Assembly: GCA_032718475.1 (NCBI GenBank)
Contig: JAUCBJ010004610.1
Coordinates: 12,640-76,639 of the forward strand
Reading direction: 5' to 3'
DNA: 64,000 nt
DNA from: Nemertoderma westbladi
Taxonomy: Eukaryota; Animalia; Xenacoelomorpha
The notes below the pieces were generated by a model. It was not told the origin of the DNA. It was given only the letters and a program-made list of their open reading frames with translations, and did no database searches. The position numbers and the translations under genes are program-made. Positions 13,673-24,762 of the stretch are shown in pieces; within the stretch, counting starts at the first letter, position 1, and each line of letters opens with the position of its first letter.

Positions 13673-14034
13673 GGTGGGTTGGGTGCAATTTTCACCCACG
13701 TCCAACCTTCGCCCGCATCCAATCTTTGCCCGTGTCCATCTTTGCCCAGGGGAACCCTTCGCCCGCTAGGCAATCTTCACCCGCGTGCAATCTTCGCCCT
13801 GTGTTAGTAACCATTTCAGTTACCAATTGAGGGAAAGTAGCAGGTTACAGAGATGGCTTTTTCTAACCAAAACTATAATTATTAGGTGGGCGAAGGATGC
13901 TCGCAGGCGAAGATTGCCTACGGGCGAAGGTTTCTGCTGGGGAATAGATGCTTATTTTGAGGAGGGCAAAGATTGCTCGGGGCAAAGATTGGACGTGGGA
14001 GAAGCTTTCCCACGGGCGAAGTTTGCTGCGTACC
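13673..14034. mobile_element. MITE with inverted arrays of short subterminal repeats
   Basis: Repeated (a)tctt(c/t)gccc in the left half and gggc(g/a)aagat in the right half. Confidence 0.55.
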
Positions 14035-14200
14035 ATGGAGAGCTGCCAATCATCAGCCCATTGCTCCAGCCGGCTTAGAGCTTTAACCAGTAAGGAGGAA
14101 TACAGTGTATAAATACTGTCGCGCTCTCGTCACTGGTGTGATCATGATTCTGTAATATGTTGGGCTGGGAGACCTCAAGTGACAAAATAAACAACAGTTT

Positions 14201-14235
14201 TAGCTAGCTTTCACCCACAGGGCTTCTTCAGGCTA
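14201..14235 (-). ncRNA. Hammerhead-like motif (Penelope-like terminal repeat remnant)
   Basis: Minus strand tagc-CTGAAGA-a-gccctgtgggt-GAAA-gc-TA-gcta; palindromic AGCT stem III. Confidence 0.45.
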
Positions 14236-14269
14236 GTTAGAGCACGAACACATAACTTCAATGGCATCG

Positions 14270-14960
14270 AAGACTAGATTTTATCTATGATCAATTTACA
14301 AGATCAGACAATACCTTCCAAGATCTGCATTGGAGACATTGGTACACGCATTTGTAACGTCCATATTGGACTATTGTAACTCTATTCTAGGCTCGGCTAA
14401 TGAATCAGTCATTAAACGGTTGCAAGTCGTTCAGAACAGCTCCGTGCGACTGGTTACAAATTCTCCGAGATTCGACATCGTTGATGGCGAAAGAATATAC
14501 CGATCGGCTACTGCCATATCAGTCATTAGCTTCATTTAGCTGCCGATTAGTTCGCGAATAGAGTTTAAACAAACCCTTATAGTCTACAAATATTTAGCCG
14601 GTGATTCACCCATTTATCTAAGTGAGAACATCAAACGTGTTGAACGAGTGAGATCGCTAAGGTCATCCAGCTGTCTTACACTTCATGTTCCACATATAAC
14701 AACAAATGCAGCCACCGCTAGCTTCCACCGTGCAGGCCCAAATCTCTGGAATAACCTCCCCAACAATATGAAACAGGAATTATTACCATCACTTGCGTGC
14801 TTCAAAAAGAAACTTAAAAGAAACTTATTTTAAAATAAGAGGGACTAAACTAGATAAGGTAGTACGTAGTCAGTGTAGGCAGCAGGCGCTTTGATAAGGC
14901 CATAAGACCCCTAAAGGCGCCTGCTATAACAAATATAAATACAATATTATTATTATTAAT
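14270..14960 (+). pseudogene. L2/Crack-group LINE 3' fragment
   Basis: ETLVHAFVTSILDYCNS, RLQVVQN, AGPNLWNNLP, FKKKLK motifs; (ATT)n-like tail near 14946-14960. Confidence 0.75.
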
Positions 14961-15224
14961 ATTAGAGTACTATGTATTTAACGAAAAACTGCATGCACTG
15001 ACTGAATAACCGGTACCGGTTGCAATACAAATGTTATAGAGCCAAATATACCTATATTCCTATCTACTGTATAGAGCTAATCATAATGATATGTAACCGA
15101 AATAATTATAGTTTTAATGTACTAGCACCAAAATATCCTAAACTACTGTATAAAGCAAATATAATAAATATAATACGTATATATCACGAAATAATTTATA
15201 TTGTAAATGTACTAGCACCACAAG

Positions 15225-16489
15225 TGTCCCACCTTGGCTTTATATTACACCCCCTCCATTGGCCATTCTTAAAGGCACGCAAACAGATATTATTAAGGAA
15301 GATAAATCTACCCAGACGGACAACTCGTATTTTACATCGAACCAACCGCAACCCACGGTTTATGAACAGCAGTATGAACCCACGGTATTATCATTAAAAG
15401 AAGTTTTGAGATGGCGACCAACTCTAAAAAGTTTTAAAAAAAAGGTCCCACCTTGGCTTTATATTACACCCCCTCCATTGGCCATTCTTAAAGGCACGCA
15501 AACAGATATTATTAAGGAAGATAAATCTACCCAGACGGAAAACTCGTATTTTACATCGAACCAACCGCAACCCACGGTTTATGAACAGCAGTATGAACCC
15601 ACGGTAATATCATTAAAAGAAGTTTTGAGATGGCGACCAACTCTAAAAAAGTTTAAAAAAAAAGGTCCCACCGTGGCTTTATATTACACCCCCTCCATTG
15701 GCCATTCTTAAAGGCACGCAAACAGATATTATTATGGAAGATAAATCTACCCAGACGGACAACTCGTATTTTACATCGAACCAACCGCAACCCACGGTTT
15801 ATGAACAGCAGTATGAACCCACGGTATTATCATTAAAATAAGTTTTGAGATGGCGACCAACTCTAAAAAAGTTAAAAAAAAAAGTGTCCCACCTTGGCTT
15901 TATATTACACCCCCTCCATTGGCCATTCTTAAAGGCATGCAAACAGATATTATTAAGGAAGATAAATCTACCCAGACGGACAACTCGTATTTTATATCGA
16001 ACCAACCGCAACCCACGGTTTATGAACAGCAGTATGAACCCACGGTATTATCATTACAAGAAGTTTTGAGATGGCGACCAACTCTAAAAAAGTTTTTTGG
16101 CTTTATATTACACCCCATCCTCCATTGGCCATTCTTAAAGGCACACAAACAGATATTATTAAGGAAGATAAATCTACCCAGATGGACAACTCATATTTTT
16201 CATCGAACCAACCGCAACCCACGGTTTATGAACAGCAGCATGAACCCAGGGTATTATCATTAAAAGACGTTTTGAGATGGCGACCAACTCTAAAAAAGTT
16301 TTAAAAAATAGGTCCCACCTTGGCTTTATATTACACCACCCCCTCCTCCATTGGCCATTCTTAAAGGCACGCAAACAGATATTATTAAGGAAGATAAATC
16401 TACCCAGACGGACAACTCGTATTTTACATCGAACCAACCGCAACCCACCATTTATGAACAGCAGTATGAACCCACAGTATTATCATTAA
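15225..16489. repeat. Tandem satellite, ~219-221-bp unit, ~6 copies (left part)
   Basis: gtcccacc unit start recurs at ~15226, 15445, 15665, 15886, 16312; array is cut at TTAA 16486-16489 by a piggyBac end. Confidence 0.95.
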
Positions 16490-16727
16490 CCCTTTCCGGA
16501 CCATGACCTACATGGTAGGTCATCGTTCTACTGCTCCATGACCTACATGGTAGGCCATACCCTTACATTGGTCCCCAGGCACGCTTATAAAGTTGGAACA
16601 CTTGCAGGAATGTTTTGATAGGCTATTGGAGCAGTTAGAAAAATAATTTTGCTTTGGCTGGGCGGGAAATTTAAAAATTTCCAAGTTAAGAAGTATAACA
16701 ATTTATGTAGTACTACAACAGTACTAA

Positions 16728-16774
16728 GCATTCTTAAAAATGCAGCTGCAATGCAGCATGCTGATCCTAGTAGT
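16728..16774 (+). mobile_element. Very short RTE 3' tail insertion
   Basis: agcattcttaaaaatgcagctgcaatgcagcatgctgatcctagtagta, flanked by cagtac on both sides. Confidence 0.7.
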
Positions 16775-17276
16775 AAGCAGTACACTGATTTCAGATATAG
16801 GCCTAGGTGACTACAGCACAACATATAATGGAGCGGTACCCCCAGCGGTGCAGAAAACCCCCTGTAAGCTATGGGTTCGATGGGGATGTTTCCTCTGCTA
16901 GTGGAGAAGATGACGAGGAATCGGTTGACGAGGAATCAGTTGAAGAGGAATCGGATGACGAGGAATCGGACGAACATTCCGAAACTGCCGAGGCTACAAA
17001 TTCTGATCCTGGGGGTGGCGGTGAAATCTGGAATATAATAGAGGGCGGCAACTTGGGGCTGGGTCACTTACACCACTGCAATGTTGTAGAGGAGGACTTT
17101 GATGGGACAGCTGCTGGTTATCATGATAATATCGATACAACCAATTATAAGGTTGGCAACTATGTTGATCTATTTTTAAGTGACAAACTTATTGAAATTC
17201 TGTGTAAATGCACAAATCAACGGTTGCTAAAACTATATGAATAACGTGTTGCGAAAGCTGCTGCCAGCAGTACCAG

Positions 17277-20200
17277 CGCCAGACGGGTATAAAATAAAAC
17301 AGACAAATCAACTAAGTCAATGCTCCAAACTCTGATCTTTGTCTCAAAATCCAAATACGAAAATAATATAACAAGAACAACACAAAGGTACAGTAGAAAC
17401 CGGAACCAATACAGTAGTAGGTACTGGTACTAGTACAGTACCGGTACAATACAACATAACCAATACAGTAGTAGGTACTGGTACTAGTACAGTACCGGTA
17501 CAATACAACATAGTGGCGCAACTTTTGTTCATCTTGCAAAAAAAAACAAAAGACCACATTTCAAATTTTTAAGAAAATAAAATACACATTGCAATTTGTA
17601 CTTTCGAATTTAAATTTTTTTTTTTTTTATTTTTTTTTTTTAAATTTGAACAAAGTCTCTATTAGTCTGGTTATATGCATGTGTCTATGAGTTTCCAATT
17701 AGACGAAGAGTTGTGGAAGACATTGTAGAGTTCAGTCAGAGCTCTCCATCAAGTGGATAATTGGGATCGTATCGAATCAGAGAACCATAACGTTTTGGTG
17801 GTTTATGAGCACGCTTTGATCGACGAATACCGTCATCATTATTAAAATTAACGTCATCCAGTAAATTCTCAGGAGCAATCTGACAATCCTTCAATAAATC
17901 TTCAGGCGGTGGTGCAAACTGACGGTCACCTTTAATCTTAAAATCACCTTCACTTTCGCTGGAACTATCACCTACGTCATGCTCACCAAACCATTTAGCG
18001 TTCACGGGTTGAGTAGGTGTAGGGGTACAAAGCATGAGCTTTTCAAATAGAACTGAATAATGTTTACGTCCAAATATGTTATTGTTGAACTTCTGTATAA
18101 TAGCCATTGAATCATGAAGCTTGATGACAATGTATCTGTCACGAGGATGATGTTTGCTTAGCTCGTCCTTAATGAATACGAGATAACCAACATGCAGCTC
18201 TGGAATTGAACAGTGAGACGAACCACGTGATTTGCTTTTAGCGCTGACATCATGATTACTTTCACGACGAAGTTCCTGTTGTTTAGACAACGTTTGATCA
18301 GAAAAATTTAGCCTCTCTCCGGTAAGTTGATCACGTCCAAATAGTATTTCTTTGGCAGATAAATTCGATGATCTGATTCTAGAGTTCAGCATATCAACAG
18401 CAGAAATGATTTCCTGTTGAGTTAAAGCTTGAGAATCAGGATAGCATTTGAGAAGTTCAACCTCCAATTCCTGAATAGCACGATCAGCGACTGGATTCTT
18501 GTTACAGTTTTTCTCAGATCCAAAATCAAGCACAATACCATTGCGTAACAATATTGAATCATTACGGAGTGCTTGTAAACCAGGCGCACAATCAACCCGA
18601 ATTTTAGACATGTTACTACGTAGTGGTAGGATACAATTGAGAATACCCTTTCTAAGTGAATCAGATTGTTCATCATCAACCAAAACTGCCCAGGTGTAAG
18701 AAGAGAAAACATCACGTACCACAAAAATTTTCTGTTTAAATCTACGTAAGAGATCAGCTGCCATTTGTAGTCCAGGAGACTCAGGAGATTTAGAGCTGGA
18801 TTGGGGAATTAATTCGGAACTGAGCTTTTTGAGAGCTTTACATTCAGTGCAATTATCATTGCTGACTCTGTCGATAATATCATCTGCATTAATAGCAAAG
18901 AAGTATCGATGAAATAACTTAGACAACTGTAGCTTAGAAGGATGTTTAAACGAAAGATGAATCGCAGTAAGCAACCCTTCTAGAATTTCAACTGGAACAA
19001 CAATTAACTCACGGTTGTGGATGTATGGATCTTCCTTATTAACAACTAGAATGCCCTGCTTATTGATAGTGGCAGATCTTAAATAGACCTTGAGATCACG
19101 ACAGCCCTTAGCATTCTTAACAGGTCTTGTACCATTAGTAAGGTGAGCAAACACTTTACGCAGCGTTGGACAAGCATTCTGTGCACTTTTCCATGATGCT
19201 GAGCACAGAAACGGCATTCTCGAGGTTCCATTCAAAACATCTTCAACTGTAACAGCTAGGCATGTTGAAACAGCAGTTTCTTCAACAAATTTACAAATCT
19301 GACAAGATTTTTCTTCACAAACGATAGGGTGTCGGGAATTGTAATCAGAGAGGACATTATTATCACCTTTGATATGGTGTAAGCTAACATTAAGTCCTGA
19401 TAATGCAGACAAAAAGGTGGATAGTCGTGCACTAGCAGAAAATTCGCCTTGACAAAGCTTACGATAAGCTTGCACACAGGGCTTACTATCAGTAAGCAGT
19501 TGAGTTTGATGGATAGACTCACGAATATATGGCGCGAAATGAGAAACACAAACTGCAATAGCAAGTCCTTCTCTTTCACAAGGAAACCAACGAGTTTGAT
19601 GATCCTTCATTTTATAACTAAAATGACCAGCAAGCTTCTTGTGGCCATCTCTCAAAACATATAACGTTCCACCAATACCATTGTTGAGAGGTGATGCATC
19701 TGTAGTTAAGATAAGCTTATAATTACGCTTGGGGATAGTGAGAACAGAAGGAGAACGTAAAGTGTCTTTAACTTTCTCGAAATCTTTGGTTAACTCGGGA
19801 GACCAGTTAATTCGATCAGCACCCTTTAATCCCTTAATTGCCGACTCTAATGGTGCTAAGAACGATGAACAACGAGGAAAGCAACGAGCAATGTCCTTAA
19901 CAGAACCTAGAAATGAACGCATAGCAGAACATGTCACTGGAGGAATTGCAACAACAAGTGGACTTATCTTATGAGCGGAAACAGAGAGCGTTCCACAATT
20001 CCAAATCCATCCCAAAATAGTAGTTTTCAGTGGTGCAATGACAGTCTTAGAAGCAGACAGCTTAAGATTATTTTTACATAAACACTGTAATACCTGAACC
20101 CAGCGGCTATGGAGCTCTTCAATGGTGTCAGCACCAATATAAAAATCATCTGCAATTTTAACCAGCCAACCTAGTTGAAGAAAAACACCAAGAACCCGAA

Positions 20201-22993
20201 AGATCAATTCATCTTCCCACTCAGAACTACCAGGCATACCCATGGCAGCACGGAGATATACACGAACACCTTTAAATGGTGTCATAGTTCCAAGATATGG
20301 AATAGATGATTTGGCAACTGGAATTTGGTAAAAACACTTACTGAAATCGCTTTTGGCGATAAATTTGAAGTTGGCAAGAGTTTGCAAAACTTCCTCAGGC
20401 TTGGTTGGTTTAGAAGGAATTAGTCGAGTAAAATGGCCAAGTTCATTGAAGGACGTGACAAGTCTAAAACTACCATTAGGTTTCTTAACCAGAAAACTTG
20501 GACTCACGTGTTGTACCACAACACCAACATCTTCTGGCTTAGCCAACACACCAAGTTTTTCGAGTGAATCAAACTCGTCCTGAAGCACTGACAAATTCGA
20601 ATGGGTATAAAACGGAACACGACCCTTTCTTGGGGGAGGCTTAACAGGACCTAAATTAATATCTGCTCGAAGCACACCACTAAAATCGTTGTATGTTTCA
20701 ATATTCTTACTGAACACATTAGAAAATTTCGAATTCGTAGTTTTGAACATATGTTGCTCAGCTAATGAAAGCTGATGATCAGGATCAACAATCACCTCAG
20801 ATGATGGATCATGTGCCAACGGTTTTGAAAGCTTTGATAATACAGGATGAACATTCATAATAGCGAGCTCTGGTTCAGTAACTACAGCACGAATAACAGC
20901 TAATTGTTGTGATTTCTTGATAGATATAACTGAATTAGTTTCATTTGGAATGCGAAGGACGCCATTCACAACTCTGGATAGCGAAGGTTCAGGCCACAAT
21001 CCATTTACTGGAGAAGATGAGCAGGCCTGAATAGCAACTTCGCCTTGATGGAAGTTTAAATTGGGATCAGACACTTCAATGAATTCACTGGGATAAATGA
21101 CTGTAGACTGTTGACTGCGGACAACTGTTTGTAGACATCTAATTGAAGGATATTGAGGAGGTTGTGTACCATATGAAATCCATTGACTTCCAATTAATAT
21201 TTCTTTGTGTTTGATAGAGATTTCGATTGAGTTATCGAACATAAAAGGAATACCAGCTAAGACATCACACTCCATTTGAGTAGATACCAAAGCATTCAAA
21301 GATAGACTCTGTGAGCCAAAGGTAAGCTCAATCTTGACTTCACCGCAAATATTAATGCAACTCTTATCAACCTGTCGCGCAACTTGATCCGACTTATACA
21401 TTGGGATGTTTGCAGACTTGACAAAGGCAAGCGAAATCATATTGGAAGTGGCACCACTGTCACATAATACTTTACATGGTATATGTTTAAAATAAGCATA
21501 AAAGAATGGAGACACCATTATTTGGACTCGATTGACCACAGAATATGCTGCAGCGCCTTGATCATCATCTTCACTGATTTCACCGTCGTCATCATCTTCC
21601 TCATTATCATTATCAACTTGAACACGAAACGATTTAACAAGACGCATGCGATCAGATGGAGATAAGAGAAAACATTCATCAATAGAATGTCCATCAGATT
21701 TTCGACCACAAGCTTTACAAAACGAACAGGATTTAAATTTCTGTGGAACTTTAGAGCCTTTGGATTGAAACTTTGAATTCTTTGAATGAAACTTTGAATT
21801 AAATTTCACCTTGCGATCAAAGGCTCTAGCAAGTGAAATCGAGGATACTTCTTCATGTGCATTAAGCTCCTGCAGTAATGAAGCTACATTATCAACAACG
21901 AGTGGCTGTATATCTTTCAATGTGCGAGTCTGAAGATCATGAGCGTACACACGAGCCACATAACTGGGAAGCCGAGAATCAATAAGTTGGAGCCATAAAT
22001 AGACTGCCAATCGCTCGACAGTAGGAGAAAGAATCTCATCGACAGTAATCGCTTCTCCATCGTGTAAAAGAGGAGAACCGTTTTTGAGTTTATTATCGTG
22101 AAGATGTGCAATGATTCGTTGATATAAAACCTCGTAGCGTTCATTGGATTCATGTTTAATAGATGCTAATTTTAGAAAATTTGCCTCGGATTGCTGGAAG
22201 CCATAGTGCTTGCGGATTCTTTGCCATATCCAGCTTAAGCTAATACTGCAATCAATAATTTCGGTATTTAATAACGAAGGCGCAAATTGCGCAATTAAAC
22301 CGATCATCCGACTGAGACGAATATTCTTCTGCACTGCCGTTAATCGTTGACCGTCCGGAACTGGTGCAACATCGTCGATCATGTCGCGGTTTAAAGTCGA
22401 CGGTTTACCCCATGTAAACCCAGCAGTGAGGAATGGAGCAAACTCATTTTCGAGCGAGAGATGATACATGCAGTTCTGCATCCAATTTTGAAACGATGTT
22501 ATTGTTTCGTTGTCAGTCAACGACCACATTTTCGGTGGGCGGAAGGAACCCATGGTGAGGCCAATGTAGTGAAATCGAACGAAATTGGAATGATTCCGGT
22601 TTCCACAAGTAGAACTCGGTGCGATGTAAATAATCGAAGTTTAGTTTTGAGAGTCTTCAATTCTCGGAACAGTTCACTCAACAAAATTGAAATTTCGATG
22701 GTTTATTTTAGATGATGTAGTTCGGGCGCTGAGTTCAACCCAAAGCCACCACGCCAGACGGGTATAAAATAAAACAGACAAATCAACTAAGTCAATGCTC
22801 CAAACTCTGATCTTTGTCTCAAAATCCAAATACGAAAATAATATAACAAGAACAACACAAAGGTACAGTAGAAACCGGAACCAATACAGTAGTAGGTACT
22901 GGTACTAGTACAGTACCGGTACAATACAACATAGCCAATACAGTAGTAGGTACTGGTACTAGTACAGTACCGGTACAATACAACATAGTGGCG
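17277..22993 (-). mobile_element. Full-length Gypsy-like (Troyka-type) LTR retrotransposon
   Basis: 242-bp LTRs at 17277-17518 and 22752-22993 with one visible mismatch; termini CGCCA...TGGCG; CAG duplicated at 17274-17276 and 22994-22996; TGG follows the 5' LTR. Confidence 0.92.
17736..22553 (-). CDS. Gag-Pol polyprotein, 1605 aa (Gag, protease, RT, RNase H, integrase)
   Basis: Cys/His knuckle CSFC...H...C, LCDSGA, AMGMPGS, KIADD, TTDAS/TDSKP, H-H-C-C zinc finger, then AADL / RVDCAPG / AIQELE integrase region; Gypsy domain order; uninterrupted. Confidence 0.95.
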   Translation of the reverse strand: MGSFRPPKMWSLTDNETITSFQNWMQNCMYHLSLENEFAPFLTAGFTWGKPSTLNRDMIDDVAPVPDGQRLTAVQKNIRLSRMIGLIAQFAPSLLNTEIIDCSISLSWIWQRIRKHYGFQQSEANFLKLASIKHESNERYEVLYQRIIAHLHDNKLKNGSPLLHDGEAITVDEILSPTVERLAVYLWLQLIDSRLPSYVARVYAHDLQTRTLKDIQPLVVDNVASLLQELNAHEEVSSISLARAFDRKVKFNSKFHSKNSKFQSKGSKVPQKFKSCSFCKACGRKSDGHSIDECFLLSPSDRMRLVKSFRVQVDNDNEEDDDDGEISEDDDQGAAAYSVVNRVQIMVSPFFYAYFKHIPCKVLCDSGATSNMISLAFVKSANIPMYKSDQVARQVDKSCINICGEVKIELTFGSQSLSLNALVSTQMECDVLAGIPFMFDNSIEISIKHKEILIGSQWISYGTQPPQYPSIRCLQTVVRSQQSTVIYPSEFIEVSDPNLNFHQGEVAIQACSSSPVNGLWPEPSLSRVVNGVLRIPNETNSVISIKKSQQLAVIRAVVTEPELAIMNVHPVLSKLSKPLAHDPSSEVIVDPDHQLSLAEQHMFKTTNSKFSNVFSKNIETYNDFSGVLRADINLGPVKPPPRKGRVPFYTHSNLSVLQDEFDSLEKLGVLAKPEDVGVVVQHVSPSFLVKKPNGSFRLVTSFNELGHFTRLIPSKPTKPEEVLQTLANFKFIAKSDFSKCFYQIPVAKSSIPYLGTMTPFKGVRVYLRAAMGMPGSSEWEDELIFRVLGVFLQLGWLVKIADDFYIGADTIEELHSRWVQVLQCLCKNNLKLSASKTVIAPLKTTILGWIWNCGTLSVSAHKISPLVVAIPPVTCSAMRSFLGSVKDIARCFPRCSSFLAPLESAIKGLKGADRINWSPELTKDFEKVKDTLRSPSVLTIPKRNYKLILTTDASPLNNGIGGTLYVLRDGHKKLAGHFSYKMKDHQTRWFPCEREGLAIAVCVSHFAPYIRESIHQTQLLTDSKPCVQAYRKLCQGEFSASARLSTFLSALSGLNVSLHHIKGDNNVLSDYNSRHPIVCEEKSCQICKFVEETAVSTCLAVTVEDVLNGTSRMPFLCSASWKSAQNACPTLRKVFAHLTNGTRPVKNAKGCRDLKVYLRSATINKQGILVVNKEDPYIHNRELIVVPVEILEGLLTAIHLSFKHPSKLQLSKLFHRYFFAINADDIIDRVSNDNCTECKALKKLSSELIPQSSSKSPESPGLQMAADLLRRFKQKIFVVRDVFSSYTWAVLVDDEQSDSLRKGILNCILPLRSNMSKIRVDCAPGLQALRNDSILLRNGIVLDFGSEKNCNKNPVADRAIQELEVELLKCYPDSQALTQQEIISAVDMLNSRIRSSNLSAKEILFGRDQLTGERLNFSDQTLSKQQELRRESNHDVSAKSKSRGSSHCSIPELHVGYLVFIKDELSKHHPRDRYIVIKLHDSMAIIQKFNNNIFGRKHYSVLFEKLMLCTPTPTQPVNAKWFGEHDVGDSSSESEGDFKIKGDRQFAPPPEDLLKDCQIAPENLLDDVNFNNDDGIRRSKRAHKPPKRYGSLIRYDPNYPLDGEL

Positions 22994-23112
22994 CAGCAAT
23001 GGTTCCACTGGGGCTACCAAGAGCACCTTCCAATCTGTTCCTCCCATAAAGGAGGTTGTTTCGGAAGAGATGCGCCGGATTCTCGGCGCAACCTTCCTGA
23101 TTGGTATTATCA

Positions 23113-23604
23113 CTGCTACTACTACTAGGATCGGCATGCTGCATTGCAGCTGCATTTTTAAGAATGCTGTGCCGGCTTATCGACAAAATTGCACTGCCAC
23201 AACTCCCTATCACTCATGACATTTGCTAGATCATCCGCATCTTCAAGGCCAGTGTCCTTTAAGATGTGTCTCAAGAAAGTCATGGGCTGTCCACCATGCT
23301 TATTCACTCCATGAGGCTGCCAAAGTACAAGATTATGCACTGGCTGGTCCTCACGGCGAAAGCAATGTCCTGCGAAGCTGAGGCGATTTTGTTCTAGTGT
23401 CAAGCTTGGGGGAACCAATGAGACACCTCCAATGTTATATAGTGTCTGGTTGGAGATGTGTGCATTGTACTTGACACAATGAACCCGGCGTAGCATTCTT
23501 GTGAATGTGCCATCCAGAGATTTGGTGTCCTCAGCAGTTAGAGCCCAGCATGGACTCCCATAGAGGAGTACTGGAACTACTGCTGCTCTAAATAATCGGA
23601 CCTG
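23113..23604 (-). mobile_element. RTE-clade LINE, 5'-truncated, inserted into piggyBac ORF
   Basis: Reverse complement of the RTE 3' end; 10-bp TSD ggtattatca at 23103-23112 and 23605-23614. Confidence 0.92.
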
Positions 23605-24762
23605 GGTATTATCAAAAAACCATCAATCTATAGTTATTGGTCAACCCGCCAAAGTATTGCGACGCCACATTTCAGCAAAATTATATCTAGAAACCGATAT
23701 ATGATGATTCTACGATTTTTTCGATTTTCGGACATTGAGAAGTATGATGATACTAATAGAATGACTCGTTTATCGGACCTAATAACAGAGATTCACAGTA
23801 TAGTGAAAGTTTACCGTGTCGATAGAGAACTGTCCCTGGATGAAACCCTGATACTTTTTAAGGGAAAGTTACACTTCAAACAGTATATCCGGACAAAACG
23901 AAAGCGGTTCGGGATAAAACTTTTGTTTCCCTCTCTCTCTCTCTTTCTCTCAGAGGCCCTGTTTTAGCTATAAAGTTTTCAGATAAGAAAATTGTCCACT
24001 TTCTGTCCACTATTGACGATGCTAAACTTATAGATAAGTCTAGAAATCTACCCGGATCAAATACTCTAGAGTACAAGAAGCCACAAGCAATTGAAAACTA
24101 CAATTATTCCATGGGTGGTGTAGATTTGGGTGACCAGATGATTGCCTCGTGCGACTGTACACGGAAAACGTATTCATGGTTTGTGAAATTAGGTTTGCAT
24201 CTTATTCAGCGTCTATTACTCAATAGTTTCATTTGGTACCGAACTGATAAATCCACTCCCAAACACTATAACTTCAGTGACTTTGTGATGGATGCGGTTG
24301 ATTACCTCACCCAAATACCAACTAAGAGAGACAAGTCTAGATCTTCTCAAGTGCAGCCCATAGGATCTACAGCACCTGTACATACACCAGTAAAGATGGG
24401 CGCAACTGATAAGACGTCGCGACCCCAGAAGCATTGTCGGGTCTGTTGGGTAAACAAGACTGTGAAAAAAAGTAGATTTATTTGTGCTGTTTGTCCAGAC
24501 AAACCTGGTTTATGTCTAGGATGTTTCACTATGTACCCACCCATTTGAAATAAATCAGAAAATAATAGTAATAATGAAAAAAAATTAAAAAAAGGAAAAC
24601 TTTTTCGTTCAGAAATGTTTGCCATTTGTTTCAGATTAAAAAAAAACTCAAAACTGAGTTTATATATGAGTCCATTACAATCCAAGTTACGCGTCATAAA
24701 GCAAACTCAATATTTTGCTAAAAATGTATTTAGTAAATTTTGTATTTTATATTATATATATA

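Larger units (their letters stand above)
16490..24750 (+). mobile_element. Degenerate piggyBac transposon carrying nested insertions; right TIR not found
   Basis: TTAA|CCCTTTCCGGA terminus; transposase pieces at 16807-17276, 22997-23112, 23605-23925 (GIIKKPSIYSYWS, LSLDE, KRFGIK) and 23954-24548 (MGGVDLGDQ, Cys-rich C-terminus); in-frame stop and central deletion. Confidence 0.85.

Noticed and set aside
15225-16489. CRISPR-like array
   Set aside because: Units repeat in full with no unique spacers; eukaryotic satellite; no cas genes.
17312-17559. ORFs with repeated YCTSTSTYYC or TGTVLVPVP
   Set aside because: Translations of the LTR internal duplication.
18422-22153. Short antisense and alternate-frame ORFs within Gag-Pol (likewise within the CRE, Transib and PIF1 ORFs)
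   Set aside because: Shadow ORFs of long coding regions with no independent motifs.
22721-22729. tRNA-Lys-type PBS (gcgcccgaa on the minus strand)
   Set aside because: About 22 nt from the LTR and lacks the initial TGG; probably coincidental.
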